A DNA stretch of 61,930 nucleotides, counting the filler, from Stramenopiles sp. TOSAG23-2 (Eukaryota), in the NCBI GenBank assembly GCA_900128395.1. It is 5 parts of 5 records of this genome, joined end to end, with 100 filler letters (N's around TTAATTAATTAA, not from the genome) between each part and the next. Parts side by side here need not be neighbours in the genome. Positions count along the whole stretch, not along the records: positions 37,287 to 49,560 come from LT649865.1; positions 49,661 to 61,930 come from LT649866.1; 3 more parts are not named here. One strand, given 5' to 3'. Shown here one piece after another: positions 43,198 to 54,691 of this stretch. The position numbers were made by a program, and so were the translations under genes. The stretch's first letter is position 1. Every line of letters starts with the position of its first letter. The notes below the pieces were generated by a model that saw only the letters and a program-made list of their open reading frames with translations, searched no databases and was not told the DNA's origin.

Positions 43198-45786
43198 ATG
43201 GAAATATGTACAAATACCGTTCCAAAACCACCACGCGTTGAGTATGCCACATTTCCATATCAAACATTTGCAGTTAATACAGAGGGGCTTGCTTTTTGTG
43301 TTGGTGAGAATGACGGTGAAATTTATTGTGCATATCTTGGCTCAAAGTTCAATGGAAAGGTGTCGAACGGTGGTCTCGGAAGTGTAGCAAAAAGGAATTC
43401 AAAATGGTTTCGCGTTCGCTATCCTAATCACAACGGTTCAAATGATGAGACAAGTAAAGTACAATATTTATCTTTTAACTCATCTGGCACTGCTTTAATT
43501 TGTATGAGTACTGGTTTCATTTTTGTCATTTACGTCAACTATCACACACAAATAATTACCAAACTTAAAAATAAAGGTAATGGCGATGGGGAGTCTTTGG
43601 ATTTTGGTAGAAGCGTATGTAGATCAAGGATTGGAGAAGAATATATATTCGCAACATTTCATCCTTTAAAAGATACGACAATTGTTGCACTGACAAGTAG
43701 TTCTATTCAAGGTAACGGGCATGCTATTACTACTATTACTAATAACAATAATAATAGCAAAAACAGTAGGAATGACCATGGCAATACTTCCAACATTATT
43801 CTATATGACGTGTCAAATTCTATTAAAGATTTAATAATAACAAAAGAGCTGCCGTTTCAAACGCAATCTCATCCAACGTCATTCACTTTTCCACAATTTT
43901 CGACAACACGGGTTGGTTTTGGATGTTGGGAACTTTTTACAATATATATATTATTTCAGGATGGACACATTGCACCCATATGCCCTGTTGTTCCAGATGG
44001 TGCAGAAATTAGTAGCGAAACAATGAAATATTTATGGGAATCGCTATCCTCTGTCAAGCAAAATGATACCAAGGCAAGGAGAATGCTAGATGACGAAATA
44101 GAAAACGACAAATTTGCCGAATTATGGTTAAAAGAATCTTGGGTAGATCAAAATGGCAATGGAGAAAGTTTCATTTATATTGAAAATTATGACAATAATG
44201 CTCAGTTTACTCCTATGATCCAAACGCCATTAACATCTCGTTCTAATTTAAATTCAGAGGTTGAAGACGGTGCACGTTATGCAACGTCATTAAGTTGTGT
44301 AAATATGACCATAGTCACCTCAACAGTCCATGTGCCGACCATTTTTAATGTGATCTATAAATCTGGTTTAATTCATACTTTTATAGGCCCAATTGCTAGT
44401 CCAAAACCTAGGTGGAAAAATATTCGTGCGGATAAATATTTAAATGATAATCAAAGGAAACATTTATTGCTTTTACGACGAGCGAAGATAACGAATCAAG
44501 ATGGGGGCGATTTCAGCGATTACTTTTTTTCAAATGCGAGTGGTAGATCAGACATGTCATTCATAGTTGGTAAAAAAAGCGTTTATTTAATCAAAATGGC
44601 ATGGTTACAGTTATTACAAGATTATTTCTCTGTTGATAGTAAAAATGAAAATAAAACGTCGAGATTAGATTTCAATGGTTGGAAATCAGAGTTTTCTTTA
44701 ATTTATTACAACAGCAATAATGGTGACAACAATAGTGGCGTTAGAAGTATGTATGGTTTACAATCTATTGTAACTCGGCGTGGCCTAAGAAAAACTTTTT
44801 TTCGGTTAAATCAATCTATACTTGATGTTGATATTTCAGCATTTTTGTTTTTAAATAGTAATAATAGAAATAACAACAATATGGATTCTTTCGCGACGAG
44901 TGGGGCTTCTAATAGTCTCGTTTCATCTATACCTGATGAAATGAGATATAGCAAAGATGTTGATCAAAAATTAAATGCATCGAAACAAGATCCATGGCCC
45001 AAGTTAATGGGTCCAATCAATTCTATCGACTCTGCAAAGAATGCAATAATTGCTTTAAATAAAATGAAACAGAGAATTGAAGCACTTTTAAATATACAAA
45101 GCGAAGTGGAGATCAAAAAAAAAATATGGGAACCGTTAGTCCATACTGAAGGTAAATTAATTAAAGAATTAGATGACGAAGTTGCAGCATTAAGCCATGT
45201 CGTTAAGAAAATCGATAACCGATGCCAAAGAATAAAAACCTCCCAAATAGCTTTAAATGCTAAAATGGAAAAAATATTTACTATTTTACATGCATCAAAA
45301 CCTATCAGTGGTGCTGAAAGGCAACATTATGTCGAATTGCAACAATTTAAGACTAATTTGAATGGTTTCAAGATAACATTAGAGCAATTAGATAACACCG
45401 TGATTCGTATTACATCTATTTCAAACGACTTAGCAAAACGATCAAATAAATTTTTGAATGATAATGGTAATAAGAACAATGTTTTTATTCCACGGCGAAT
45501 GGAACAAGAGTTAGTCAATGCTTTGGCAATGAATGCTAAGTTGTTGGCAAATTGTAAAAGAAACACAACTGAGTTAAGACAGAGTATAGAAAACATTGGT
45601 ATATCGATTGAAGCTGCAAATCTGAATACAAGAAGAAGCAATAGTAGTAGTTCATCAATAAACAATGGGGTAAAAGAGGGAAAGGAGAAACCGAGTATGA
45701 TGTCGACATCTACTGCTACATCGTCATCTTTCAGTCGCCATAACGACAATAATGGTGAAAGTATTTCGTACGATGTTGGTTGGTAA
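43198..45786 (+). CDS. NUP88: Nucleoporin Nup88/Nup82-like
   Basis: Beta-propeller-like N-terminus with WELFTIYILFQDGHIAPICPVVP; C-terminal coiled coil with ISGAERQHYVEL. Start ATG uncertain (43198 preferred). Confidence 0.7.
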   Translation: MEICTNTVPKPPRVEYATFPYQTFAVNTEGLAFCVGENDGEIYCAYLGSKFNGKVSNGGLGSVAKRNSKWFRVRYPNHNGSNDETSKVQYLSFNSSGTALICMSTGFIFVIYVNYHTQIITKLKNKGNGDGESLDFGRSVCRSRIGEEYIFATFHPLKDTTIVALTSSSIQGNGHAITTITNNNNNSKNSRNDHGNTSNIILYDVSNSIKDLIITKELPFQTQSHPTSFTFPQFSTTRVGFGCWELFTIYILFQDGHIAPICPVVPDGAEISSETMKYLWESLSSVKQNDTKARRMLDDEIENDKFAELWLKESWVDQNGNGESFIYIENYDNNAQFTPMIQTPLTSRSNLNSEVEDGARYATSLSCVNMTIVTSTVHVPTIFNVIYKSGLIHTFIGPIASPKPRWKNIRADKYLNDNQRKHLLLLRRAKITNQDGGDFSDYFFSNASGRSDMSFIVGKKSVYLIKMAWLQLLQDYFSVDSKNENKTSRLDFNGWKSEFSLIYYNSNNGDNNSGVRSMYGLQSIVTRRGLRKTFFRLNQSILDVDISAFLFLNSNNRNNNNMDSFATSGASNSLVSSIPDEMRYSKDVDQKLNASKQDPWPKLMGPINSIDSAKNAIIALNKMKQRIEALLNIQSEVEIKKKIWEPLVHTEGKLIKELDDEVAALSHVVKKIDNRCQRIKTSQIALNAKMEKIFTILHASKPISGAERQHYVELQQFKTNLNGFKITLEQLDNTVIRITSISNDLAKRSNKFLNDNGNKNNVFIPRRMEQELVNALAMNAKLLANCKRNTTELRQSIENIGISIEAANLNTRRSNSSSSSINNGVKEGKEKPSMMSTSTATSSSFSRHNDNNGESISYDVGW

Positions 45787-46182
45787 AAACAATTTACCGA
45801 ATTATAATATATTAATAATATTTAATATACGAAGTATATACTCGTAAAAATTTAAAGATGGTTAAAATCTAAGTTTAAATATTATCATATAAATAATTAT
45901 TAAATAATTTTACATTATATCATATATGATACTCGTTATTTTTTATATAACAAAAACGCGGTCATTTTGCTAGAGAATTTAAAATACGAGACTTCGTATA
46001 AAATTATATACGATCGTATCCTTTTTTTAGAAAAGTACACCGTAAAAATTTTATTACACACGTTAATAACGTATGTACATAATTTTAATGCCTGCTGCTT
46101 AATATTTTTAAATTTTTTAAATCTGGCCCCGTCTCTCTCCTCTTTATCAACTCGGACTGATATATAAAAAAAAGCAAAACCA

Positions 46183-47436
46183 TCATGATAAATAAAAAAA
46201 AAGTAAACATGAAACCAACAATCTCGAAAAAACATTGATATTGAATTTAGATAAACTCCCATTTACCCGTGTTTTAAAATCTATTCTAGTGGTTATCAAT
46301 CGTTCACATGTACCTGGAAATGGCGAAGTAGCGTAGTATTGATCTTCTACTGTTCTTTGAGGTGCTATCCAATTATTATAATTGACATTCCGTGGACCTT
46401 CATAATTCATATTTCTACCCCAACATTGCATTTCACCAACATCATCAACAGCACATGTATGATATTCCCCAGCAGCTATTGAGATGAATTTTTTACCACT
46501 GCCTGGATAATAATACGGTTCACAATCTGGGGATCCATGCCAATAATTTGAACACCGTGCACTTTCTTTACCCCAACACTCAGCAGCACCGTCATCACGT
46601 GTTGCACAGCAATGAAATAAACCGCAGCTAACGACCATAAATTTTGTTTCTTTTCTACTTGGGTAAAAACGTTCCATTGGTGCTTGCATGAAATCATTTC
46701 TGCCCCAACATTCCATACCACCATCATACAATGCTACGCAGGTATGATATGCACCGGCACTTATATGCATATAACCATTGCCAACTTCAGGAAATTTAAT
46801 TTCTCTATCATCTTCACCATTTTCCTCTGCTATAGGATCGACAGGTGCTTGCAAATACGAATTGTCTCCGATACATTGCGCAGCACCATCATTAAATACA
46901 GCACATGTATGTAAGTGATTTGTAGAGACTTGGATAAATACGCGATTGCCATATGGTAACCATTGTTTTGGTGATTGATCGTTTTCATTTTTTACATCTC
47001 CACCCCAGCATTCAATTGTTCCATCTGTTCGTAATCCGCATGCATGGTATGGTGCTACTTCTAGATCGCATAATTGCTCAGTAGGTGCTTTCAACATGTT
47101 TTCGCCGCTCCAACCGTGGCCCCAACATTCTGCTTCGCCACTATATTTGATTCCACATGAATGAAATACTCCAACACCAACAGTACTCCATGCACCAAGT
47201 CTGTCAGGCAATGCATTTTTATATGAATTTACACCAAAACATTCAATACTGCTATTTACAACGGCACAAGTTGCAAAGGCCGAGGCGGAAACGAACCATG
47301 CACCTTGTTGCCCTTTTAATTCATGTAAATATTTTATATCAGGAAACGCATTTATACCTTTCATCATAGTTGTTAAAATAAATATGTTTATTATGACAAT
47401 GGATTTGTTTCCATGATAATGACGAGGACCCATCAT
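46183..47436 (-). CDS. Secreted/anchored RCC1-BLIP-II repeat protein
   Basis: Repeats of xSAGxYHTCAxxxDGxxECWG; hydrophobic N- and C-termini; start uncertain (47436 or 47505). Confidence 0.8.
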   Translation of the reverse strand: MMGPRHYHGNKSIVIINIFILTTMMKGINAFPDIKYLHELKGQQGAWFVSASAFATCAVVNSSIECFGVNSYKNALPDRLGAWSTVGVGVFHSCGIKYSGEAECWGHGWSGENMLKAPTEQLCDLEVAPYHACGLRTDGTIECWGGDVKNENDQSPKQWLPYGNRVFIQVSTNHLHTCAVFNDGAAQCIGDNSYLQAPVDPIAEENGEDDREIKFPEVGNGYMHISAGAYHTCVALYDGGMECWGRNDFMQAPMERFYPSRKETKFMVVSCGLFHCCATRDDGAAECWGKESARCSNYWHGSPDCEPYYYPGSGKKFISIAAGEYHTCAVDDVGEMQCWGRNMNYEGPRNVNYNNWIAPQRTVEDQYYATSPFPGTCERLITTRIDFKTRVNGSLSKFNINVFSRLLVSCLLFFYLS

Positions 47437-48159
47437 ATTTGTATCAATTAAATTAATATCTTTTATATATGTAGTTGTTGTTATACGTTCTATTTCTATG
47501 AACATGAATATATATATTATATTTAATTGTATGTATGTATGTATAATATATTTGGTTTACAGTATATTTTTATAAATGTGTTCATATATGACTCAATAAA
47601 TATATAACGATTTAGATAAAACATTTTTTTGATTTTGTCCGCCAATCCGCAACGAGAATAATGCTGTATACATGCTAATCAAATCTCAATGCTGTGTTCA
47701 TAGTAAATTTACCAACTCCATCATAGAGGCCGAATTTCTAAAAATTGCACCACGATGCAAATAGCATATTAGTTTATATGTAATACTATTATACTGCTAT
47801 ATACTGTGCAATGTGCAAATTTACGACTGTTTCATGATGAATTTTTGCGGACTAAAAAACTAAAATCACATTGGATTGCCATAGACACACCATTAGCTAC
47901 AACGAATCCATCAGAAGACTTATTTATACACAGAATAAAACGTATTACTATTGAAAATATATATATATATTATGACAAGGACGATCAATTAGACAATTTA
48001 TTTATAAGTAAAAAAGAGAAAAGCAAAAGAAGAAACAAACATAAAAAGAAACAATTACGCTTATTATTCTAGAAACCAAAGAAAAAGAAAGTAACGTTTA
48101 TTATACATTTTTTTTCGGGTTCAGCAGTAGTATATATATACACATATTGTAAGCAAACT

Positions 48160-48810
48160 ATGTCGACATCGCATGAAAATTTATCCCCACAAGTTATTAG
48201 TTCTTTAATTAAAGAGTTAAAAAAATTATCAAGAAAACCACCTGATGGTATTAAATACTTACCAAACGATGATGATACCATTGGTGTTATACATTCTGAA
48301 ATAGAGGGGCCAGTTGGCACGCCATTTGAAGGTGGGACTTTCCATATTAAATTAGTTCTTGGACAAGAATTTCCGTCCGCTCCACCAAAAGGTTTTTTCT
48401 TAACTAAAATTTTTCATCCAAATATAGCTAGCAACGGTGATATATGTGTAAATACGTTGAAAAAGGATTGGAAACCTGACCTTGGTATTGCCCATGTTTT
48501 ACAAGTAATTAGATGCTTACTGATTGTACCCTTCCCAGAATCCTCTTTGAACGAAGAGGCTGGCCGCATGTTTATGGAAGATTATAATGCATATTCAAAA
48601 AGAGCAAAATTATATACAAGTATACACGCACAGCCAAAATGTCGACCAAATTCAGCAGATACAATAATAATCGATGGTGCGAAAAAAAAATCACCTGGTA
48701 AAACAAAGGCAGATTCATCTTCATCTAACGTTGCTCGTAAAAAATCGAAAAGTATGATTGAAAAGAAGAAGAAATCAAAAGCAAAGAAAAAAGGTTTAAA
48801 ACGGTTGTAA
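48160..48810 (+). CDS. UBE2S: Ubiquitin-conjugating enzyme E2 S
   Basis: ENLSPQVI; FHPNIASNGDICVNTLKKDW; CLLIVPFPESSLNEEAG; Lys-rich tail ending KKGLKRL. Confidence 0.95.
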   Translation: MSTSHENLSPQVISSLIKELKKLSRKPPDGIKYLPNDDDTIGVIHSEIEGPVGTPFEGGTFHIKLVLGQEFPSAPPKGFFLTKIFHPNIASNGDICVNTLKKDWKPDLGIAHVLQVIRCLLIVPFPESSLNEEAGRMFMEDYNAYSKRAKLYTSIHAQPKCRPNSADTIIIDGAKKKSPGKTKADSSSSNVARKKSKSMIEKKKKSKAKKKGLKRL

Positions 48811-49469
48811 GTGGTTGTATTAAAAGGATGGTAAATCGACATATGAATATATCATTATATTAATGATATACACAACAACAAGAAAAGGAAACAAAATGAT
48901 TTAATATATATATATATTTATTTGAAACGTTTTTTATCTAAAAAATGATAATTAATATATATTATTATATATATTATATATATATATAAATGACATTTTG
49001 ATGTAATATAAAAAAAAAAAAAAGATGAAGGATGTAGAAGAAAGAAAACATATATAAAAATATGTACTGATCTTTTAAAACAAAAAAAAATAATGTAAAA
49101 CAAAATGAAACAAACAAAGATAAATTTTTAGAAAATAATGACAAAACAAAAAAACAGAAAAAAAAAAGAAAATCACTTACACTTCTAATAAATATATATA
49201 TGATTATGATATATATATGGTATTTCAGATTTTATTACGAACTTCATATTGAATACATGCGTGTTTTAGTAGAAAGTGCGTGTGTTGTGACGAAAATTCG
49301 TTGACGCATAATTAATTTCGCACTCTTACGAAGTTCGTACAAAGATGAAAAATTATATTTTTTGGGGGCATTGATTTTCAATTTTTAAATAAAAAATAAT
49401 TTAAAATTAAAAACGATGGTTAAAATCTCTAATAGTTTATAATAATTTTACACTTCTCCGTGTGTTCAG

Positions 49470-49560
49470 TAATATGCCCAATACTCAATCGCAAGAATAA
49501 TAATCTATCCTACTATAGTAAAGCTCTAATGCACCTCTGCAAACTAATACTCTACAAGCA
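49470..49560 (+). mobile_element. Left terminus of a related element at the end of contig 4
   Basis: 42 of 48 aligned positions match 25842-25889; the contig breaks ~45 nt further in. Confidence 0.6.
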
Positions 49561-49660
49561 NNNNNNNNNNNNNNNNNNNNNNNNNNNNNNNNNNNNNNNN
49601 NNNNTTAATTAATTAANNNNNNNNNNNNNNNNNNNNNNNNNNNNNNNNNNNNNNNNNNNN
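49561..49660. other. Artificial contig spacer
   Basis: 44N-TTAATTAATTAA-44N. Confidence 0.97.
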
Positions 49661-49712
49661 GTGAGGATGTATTGTTGGGGCAGGGGTCCTCGCCTTCCAC
49701 GGCGTTTGTAAC
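49661..49712 (+). mobile_element. Right terminus of a related element at the start of contig 5
   Basis: TTGGGGCAGGGGTCCTCGCCTTCCACGGCGTTTGTAAC vs TTGGGCAGGGGTCCTTGCCTCACAGGCGTCTGTAAC at 29045-29080. Confidence 0.6.
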
Positions 49713-49803
49713 TTATTTATTTATTTGAAGAAGAACAAAGCAACAAAAAATGTGCAAAAAATGCCAATTTTTCGGGGGTAAGACTAACATCAAGAATAAA
49801 AAG

Positions 49804-50297
49804 TAAAGAAAAATCAATGTTGACCAAGAAAATAATAAATTCATTTCAACAAGATATATATATATATATATACACGGACGTATTAACAACAAATCAAATA
49901 CAACACAAGAACATGTCATATGGACCATTAAAAAATATCAAAGTGTTGGAATTGGCAGGCTTAGCACCGGCACCAATGGCAGGAATGATCTTATCAGATT
50001 TTGGCGCAAACGTGATACGAATTGATCGTGCAGTAAATGGATATGCTCAAGGTGCTGGACCAGATGATTTAGCAAGAGGGAAAAAAAGTATTGCATTAAA
50101 TTTAAAATCAACAGAATAAAGAAAAATCAATGTTGACCAAGAAAATAATAAATTCATTTCAACAAGATATAAATATACTTTATAAAGAAAAATCAATGTT
50201 GACCAAGAAAATAATAAATTCATTTCAACAAGATATATATATATATATATACACGGACGTATTAACAACAAATCAAATACAACACAAGAACATGTCA
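49804..50297 (+). repeat. Three truncated copies of the AMACR 5' region, all starting at the same base (49804, 50117, 50183; full copy from 50298)
   Basis: Each begins TAAAGAAAAATCAATGTTGACC. Confidence 0.9.
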
Positions 50298-50406
50298 TAA
50301 AGAAAAATCAATGTTGACCAAGAAAATAATAAATTCATTTCAACAAGATATATATATATATATATACACGGACGTATTAACAACAAATCAAATACAACAC
50401 AAGAAC

Positions 50407-51645
50407 ATGTCATATGGACCATTAAAAAATATCAAAGTGTTGGAATTGGCAGGCTTAGCACCGGCACCAATGGCAGGAATGATCTTATCAGATTTTGGCG
50501 CAAACGTGATACGAATTGATCGTGCAGTAAATGGATATGCTCAAGGTGCTGGACCAGATGATTTAGCAAGAGGGAAAAAAAGTATTGCATTAAATTTAAA
50601 ATCAACAGAAGGACAAAATGCATTGAAAAAATTAGTGAGTGTTAGTGATGTAATTATAGAACCATTTCGACCTGGTGTCATGGAACGTTTAGGTTTAGGT
50701 CCAGAAGTTTTAATGAAATTAAACCCAAAATTAATTTATGCTCGTATGACCGGATATGGTCAAGGCGGTGTACCTATTTGGGGAGATCGTGCAGGTCATG
50801 ATGCAAATTATTTAGCATTAAGTGGTATGTTATCGATGCTACGTCAAAATAATAATAATATGGATCATTTAGGTGATGCCTCTAGACCATTTGGCCCATT
50901 GAATTTGCTTGGTGACTTCGCTGGTGGTGGTTTAATGTGTGCACTCGGTATTTTACTTGCAGTTATTGATCGACATAGCTCCGGTGTTGGACAAATTGTC
51001 GATGCAGCAATGGTTGATGGTGCTGCATATCTCGGAACATCATTGTTTAAATCGGTCAATGCTGGTAAATTAGGTTATAATAATGAAAGAATTGGTGGAA
51101 ATGGCTTTAATCAAGGAGCGCATTGGTATAATACATATAAAACAAAGGATGATAAATATGTTGCCGTTTGTGCAGTGGAACCACAATTTTACAAAGCATT
51201 TATTGAAGGTATTGGATTAAATTTAAATGAGTTACCAAGACAAATGGATCGTTCACAATGGCAAAATATGAAGAAAATGTGTCAAGATATATTTATCACA
51301 AAAACACGAAGTGAATGGGAAATACAATTCGATGGAGTTGATGCATGTGTTACACCTGTCTTGGATGTGATAGAAGCACAAAATTTCCCACATTCTGTTG
51401 AACGACGTACATTTTTACCAAGTTTAAAAGATCCAAATACACTTGAACCAACGCCTGCACCACATTTAAGCAAATCGCATAATGATTTCCAATTAAAACC
51501 TAGTCCCAAACCTGGTCAACATACGAGAGAAGTTTTAGAACAATATATGGATAAAAAAGAAGTGGATGAAATGTTTACATCTGGTTTTGCAAGTGATAAA
51601 TTAAGAGAAAGAAAGAAAAAGGTGAAAAAAGTTAGCAAATTGTAA
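50407..51645 (+). CDS. AMACR: Alpha-methylacyl-CoA racemase (CoA-transferase family III), peroxisomal
   Basis: [44 protein letters not shown]-terminal SKL. Confidence 0.92.
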   Translation: MSYGPLKNIKVLELAGLAPAPMAGMILSDFGANVIRIDRAVNGYAQGAGPDDLARGKKSIALNLKSTEGQNALKKLVSVSDVIIEPFRPGVMERLGLGPEVLMKLNPKLIYARMTGYGQGGVPIWGDRAGHDANYLALSGMLSMLRQNNNNMDHLGDASRPFGPLNLLGDFAGGGLMCALGILLAVIDRHSSGVGQIVDAAMVDGAAYLGTSLFKSVNAGKLGYNNERIGGNGFNQGAHWYNTYKTKDDKYVAVCAVEPQFYKAFIEGIGLNLNELPRQMDRSQWQNMKKMCQDIFITKTRSEWEIQFDGVDACVTPVLDVIEAQNFPHSVERRTFLPSLKDPNTLEPTPAPHLSKSHNDFQLKPSPKPGQHTREVLEQYMDKKEVDEMFTSGFASDKLRERKKKVKKVSKL

Positions 51646-51892
51646 AGAAAGAGAGAGAGATCTTGTGCACACATACGATCGTATGATATACGGTATATGC
51701 GCATCATTTTTTTTTATTTAAATTATCATAATCATATGATATCATTAAGTCTCTCTTCAAAATATAAAATGTGATTTCATATATGCGGTGTGATAATTAC
51801 GACTACACATGAAATTTATGTAAAAAAAAGAAGTGTACACAAGACACGTTCGTAAAAAAAATAAGAGTATTTGTTTAAACACACAAACTGAA

Positions 51893-53038
51893 TTACATCT
51901 TACTACTACTTGCTAAACCACCCTTTGCACTTTTAAATACATCTTCAGTTTCTTTAAAAAAACTATGTAAACGTTCATTAACTTGTTTTGGTTGATCTTG
52001 TTGTATCCAATGAGAACACGATTCGCCTTTTGGTGCTTGAATAATATGAAATTGACGTAGATCAGTACAAACCGTCATTAACCCTTGATATTGCTTATCG
52101 TCTTTATAATCGCCTGTAACTTTACTTGCTGGTGATAACATGCCACGTACTCCATCATTTGCTCCCGTTAAAAAAAATGTAGGCTGATCAATTGTTTTTC
52201 CAATTAACTGTGGTGTTATTAGAAAATTACGATGAAAATTACGATAGTAATTGACACCACCACGTGAACCAGAATGTTGAAATTGTTTCACAACATAATC
52301 TAGATCTGCTTGCGATAACCATTTTGGTAAATGTAATGGCCTTGGTGTTCTCCATAATCTTCCACCAGCAACACGTAATGGATTTTTTAAATAATTTGTA
52401 TCTCGTTTTACAGTCTCATCTGACCATGTACGATAAATATACTCATATAAATTTGAATCGTATTCTGCTTCTGCTGGACCAAAATTAGGTACATTCTCTA
52501 AATCATATCTTTCATTATGATAAGTGATATAGAAAAATAATTCTTTATCCGGGCCTTGGCCAATTTTAAATCTTTTTTTGAATAAATCATATGGACTCAA
52601 ATCAGTAGATTTACGCATAACTGTTGGTACCGATAGATTGGCTACTACCGGAAATACTTCTGGGTATAAGTGTGCAAACAGCCAACCCAAAATTGCACCC
52701 CAATCATGACCAACAAGGATAGCTTTTGTCAAACCATGAGCTTGCAACAAACAAATAATATCTGAAGCATGAGAGTATACATCATAATCATCCACGTTTG
52801 GTGGACATGATGAATAACCATAACCTCGCATATCTGGTGCCATGACATTGTAACCTTGCTCTCCAAAATATTTAATCTGATGACGCCAACTAAACCATGA
52901 TTCTGGCCATCCATGCATAAATACAATAGGAATTCCATCTTCCGGTCCACAACAAGCAACACGCATGGTCATGCCATTTGCTAATTTAACAAATTTTAAC
53001 GTAATACCTTGTATTGGTGAGGTTAATGGATCATCCAT
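51893..53038 (-). CDS. Soluble epoxide hydrolase (alpha/beta hydrolase), PTS1-like SKM
   Basis: HGWPESWFSWRHQ, PDMRGYG, GHDWGA nucleophile, NYYRN, HWIQQ. Confidence 0.9.
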   Translation of the reverse strand: MDDPLTSPIQGITLKFVKLANGMTMRVACCGPEDGIPIVFMHGWPESWFSWRHQIKYFGEQGYNVMAPDMRGYGYSSCPPNVDDYDVYSHASDIICLLQAHGLTKAILVGHDWGAILGWLFAHLYPEVFPVVANLSVPTVMRKSTDLSPYDLFKKRFKIGQGPDKELFFYITYHNERYDLENVPNFGPAEAEYDSNLYEYIYRTWSDETVKRDTNYLKNPLRVAGGRLWRTPRPLHLPKWLSQADLDYVVKQFQHSGSRGGVNYYRNFHRNFLITPQLIGKTIDQPTFFLTGANDGVRGMLSPASKVTGDYKDDKQYQGLMTVCTDLRQFHIIQAPKGESCSHWIQQDQPKQVNERLHSFFKETEDVFKSAKGGLASSSKM

Positions 53039-53137
53039 AATTTCTTAATAAACAAAAAAATAAATATGTATATAGTCTGTATAAGTATGAGTAAATATTT
53101 GGAATAGATAATAATACCACAGCACACGTTATTAATA

Positions 53138-53178
<41 letters not shown>

Positions 53179-53569
53179 CTCCCTGTTTTATCTCTCTCCT
53201 GTGTATGCATTAGTATGAAGTGAGAACATAATTGAAACAATAATAGCACAATAATGTTATTAAAAGGGTAAGACAAATACAAGCAGAGTTAGAGTGAGTG
53301 CCAAATGCCAAAAATGCAAAAAGGAGCAACCACCCCACAGGTAGTGTAGAGCGGACGACTGGAGGACCTTTTTATTTTGGATTTTGGAGGAATAAAAAAA
53401 CAGGAGAGAAGCAGAGCACATCAGCAGGGCCAGGGCTTGCCTTATATAATACGAGGCGTATCGGCACGTAGGCTTGATATAGCTGATAGCCACAGAAAGC
53501 AAAAATCCAATGTATAATAATATTTTTTTGGATAGAATTTTCCTATATAAAAGTATATTATTTTATGAG

Positions 53570-53980
53570 ATGAGTAAGAGAAAATTAAGTTGCAAAGGGT
53601 TCAAATTAAAAAAGTTATAAAAAATGTCACACAGGCAGAACAAATATACATGTATAACAAATATATAATGACCAATGAAATATTATGACCAATGAATGAT
53701 GCATATTGCTGATAATAAAAACTCATCAAATTTCTCGCATACAAATGTTTCACTGTAATCAATCCCAATAGTAACTTAGTTGAGAAGATGACGCACTCGA
53801 ATTTAATAAATATATCATAATATATATCAATAAGAGAGAAAATTTTTATAATTATATATATATATGATGGTTAAAATCTAAGTTATAATAATTTTAGTTC
53901 CCGTGGTAAATACTACGCTCAATATATAATAATGGTTAAAGTCTAAGTTATATATAAAATTTTCTCTTACTCATATATTA
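53570..53980. repeat. Dispersed AT-rich repeat family member(s)
   Basis: ATGAGTAAGAGAAAATT (~53570), ATGATGGTTAAAATCTAAGTTATAA (53864), AATTTTCTCTTACTCATATA (~53958). Confidence 0.6.
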
Positions 53981-54443
53981 TATATATATTAAATAAAAAG
54001 ATTTTTTTATGTTAATATAATCGTATGCATACTAATTTTGTTACAACTACAAGTTAAAAAATATAAAGATTTGCAACAACAAAAAAGTGTAGAAGATGTA
54101 TCTTTTGGAAAGGCTCCATTTTCTCTAGATGTCTAAGAAACACTTTTCTTAAAGGTAAAATATTTGAACGTATTATATAATTAATATGCACAAACACATT
54201 ACCTAGTATAATAGGAAAAACCAAAAAAATTTTGGAAGCAAAATTTTTTTCTGGGCAGAGAAAAAAAATCCCGGATAAAACGTGTTGTTTGAGCCAAAAT
54301 CATGCCCAGGTGCCAATAACCAATTACAAAAAGAATTCTCTTCAAAAATAGTGCTGTGTCGATGCTATCCAGCTGGCTGGCTAAGCAGAGCGAGGAGAGG
54401 AAGTTTTAGCACTTGCACACTTTACACTGTATTATACGTATAA

Positions 54444-54492
<49 letters not shown>
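54444..54492. repeat. (TAG)n microsatellite, ~16 units
   Basis: Direct reading. Confidence 0.95.
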
Positions 54493-54691
54493 TACCACCT
54501 TAACCTGTGCACCTGGTAAAACGAAAAAAAAAAAAAAAATAAAAAAAAAATAATAATTAGGAAAATTTATGAAAGATACATAGTATACATAGATAAAAGG
54601 ATGAAAAACTATAGAATTGTCTATGTGTATATATATTTATACGTGTATGGTGATTATTATATTACACAGATATTAAGAAAACGGGAAGTAA

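Noticed and set aside
49470-49712. A single third copy of the element spanning the N gap
   Set aside because: The gap is an artificial linker between size-sorted contigs, so the left and right ends must be treated as two independent loci.
49661-49720. HDV-like ribozyme (GGG-TCCTCG-CCT resembles P3/L3)
   Set aside because: No catalytic C in a J4/2 segment, no P2 partner downstream, and the 29045 copy has TCCTTG.
49817-50119. Separate short AMACR paralogue
   Set aside because: Exact truncated copy of the 5' end of the adjacent gene; probable assembly stutter.
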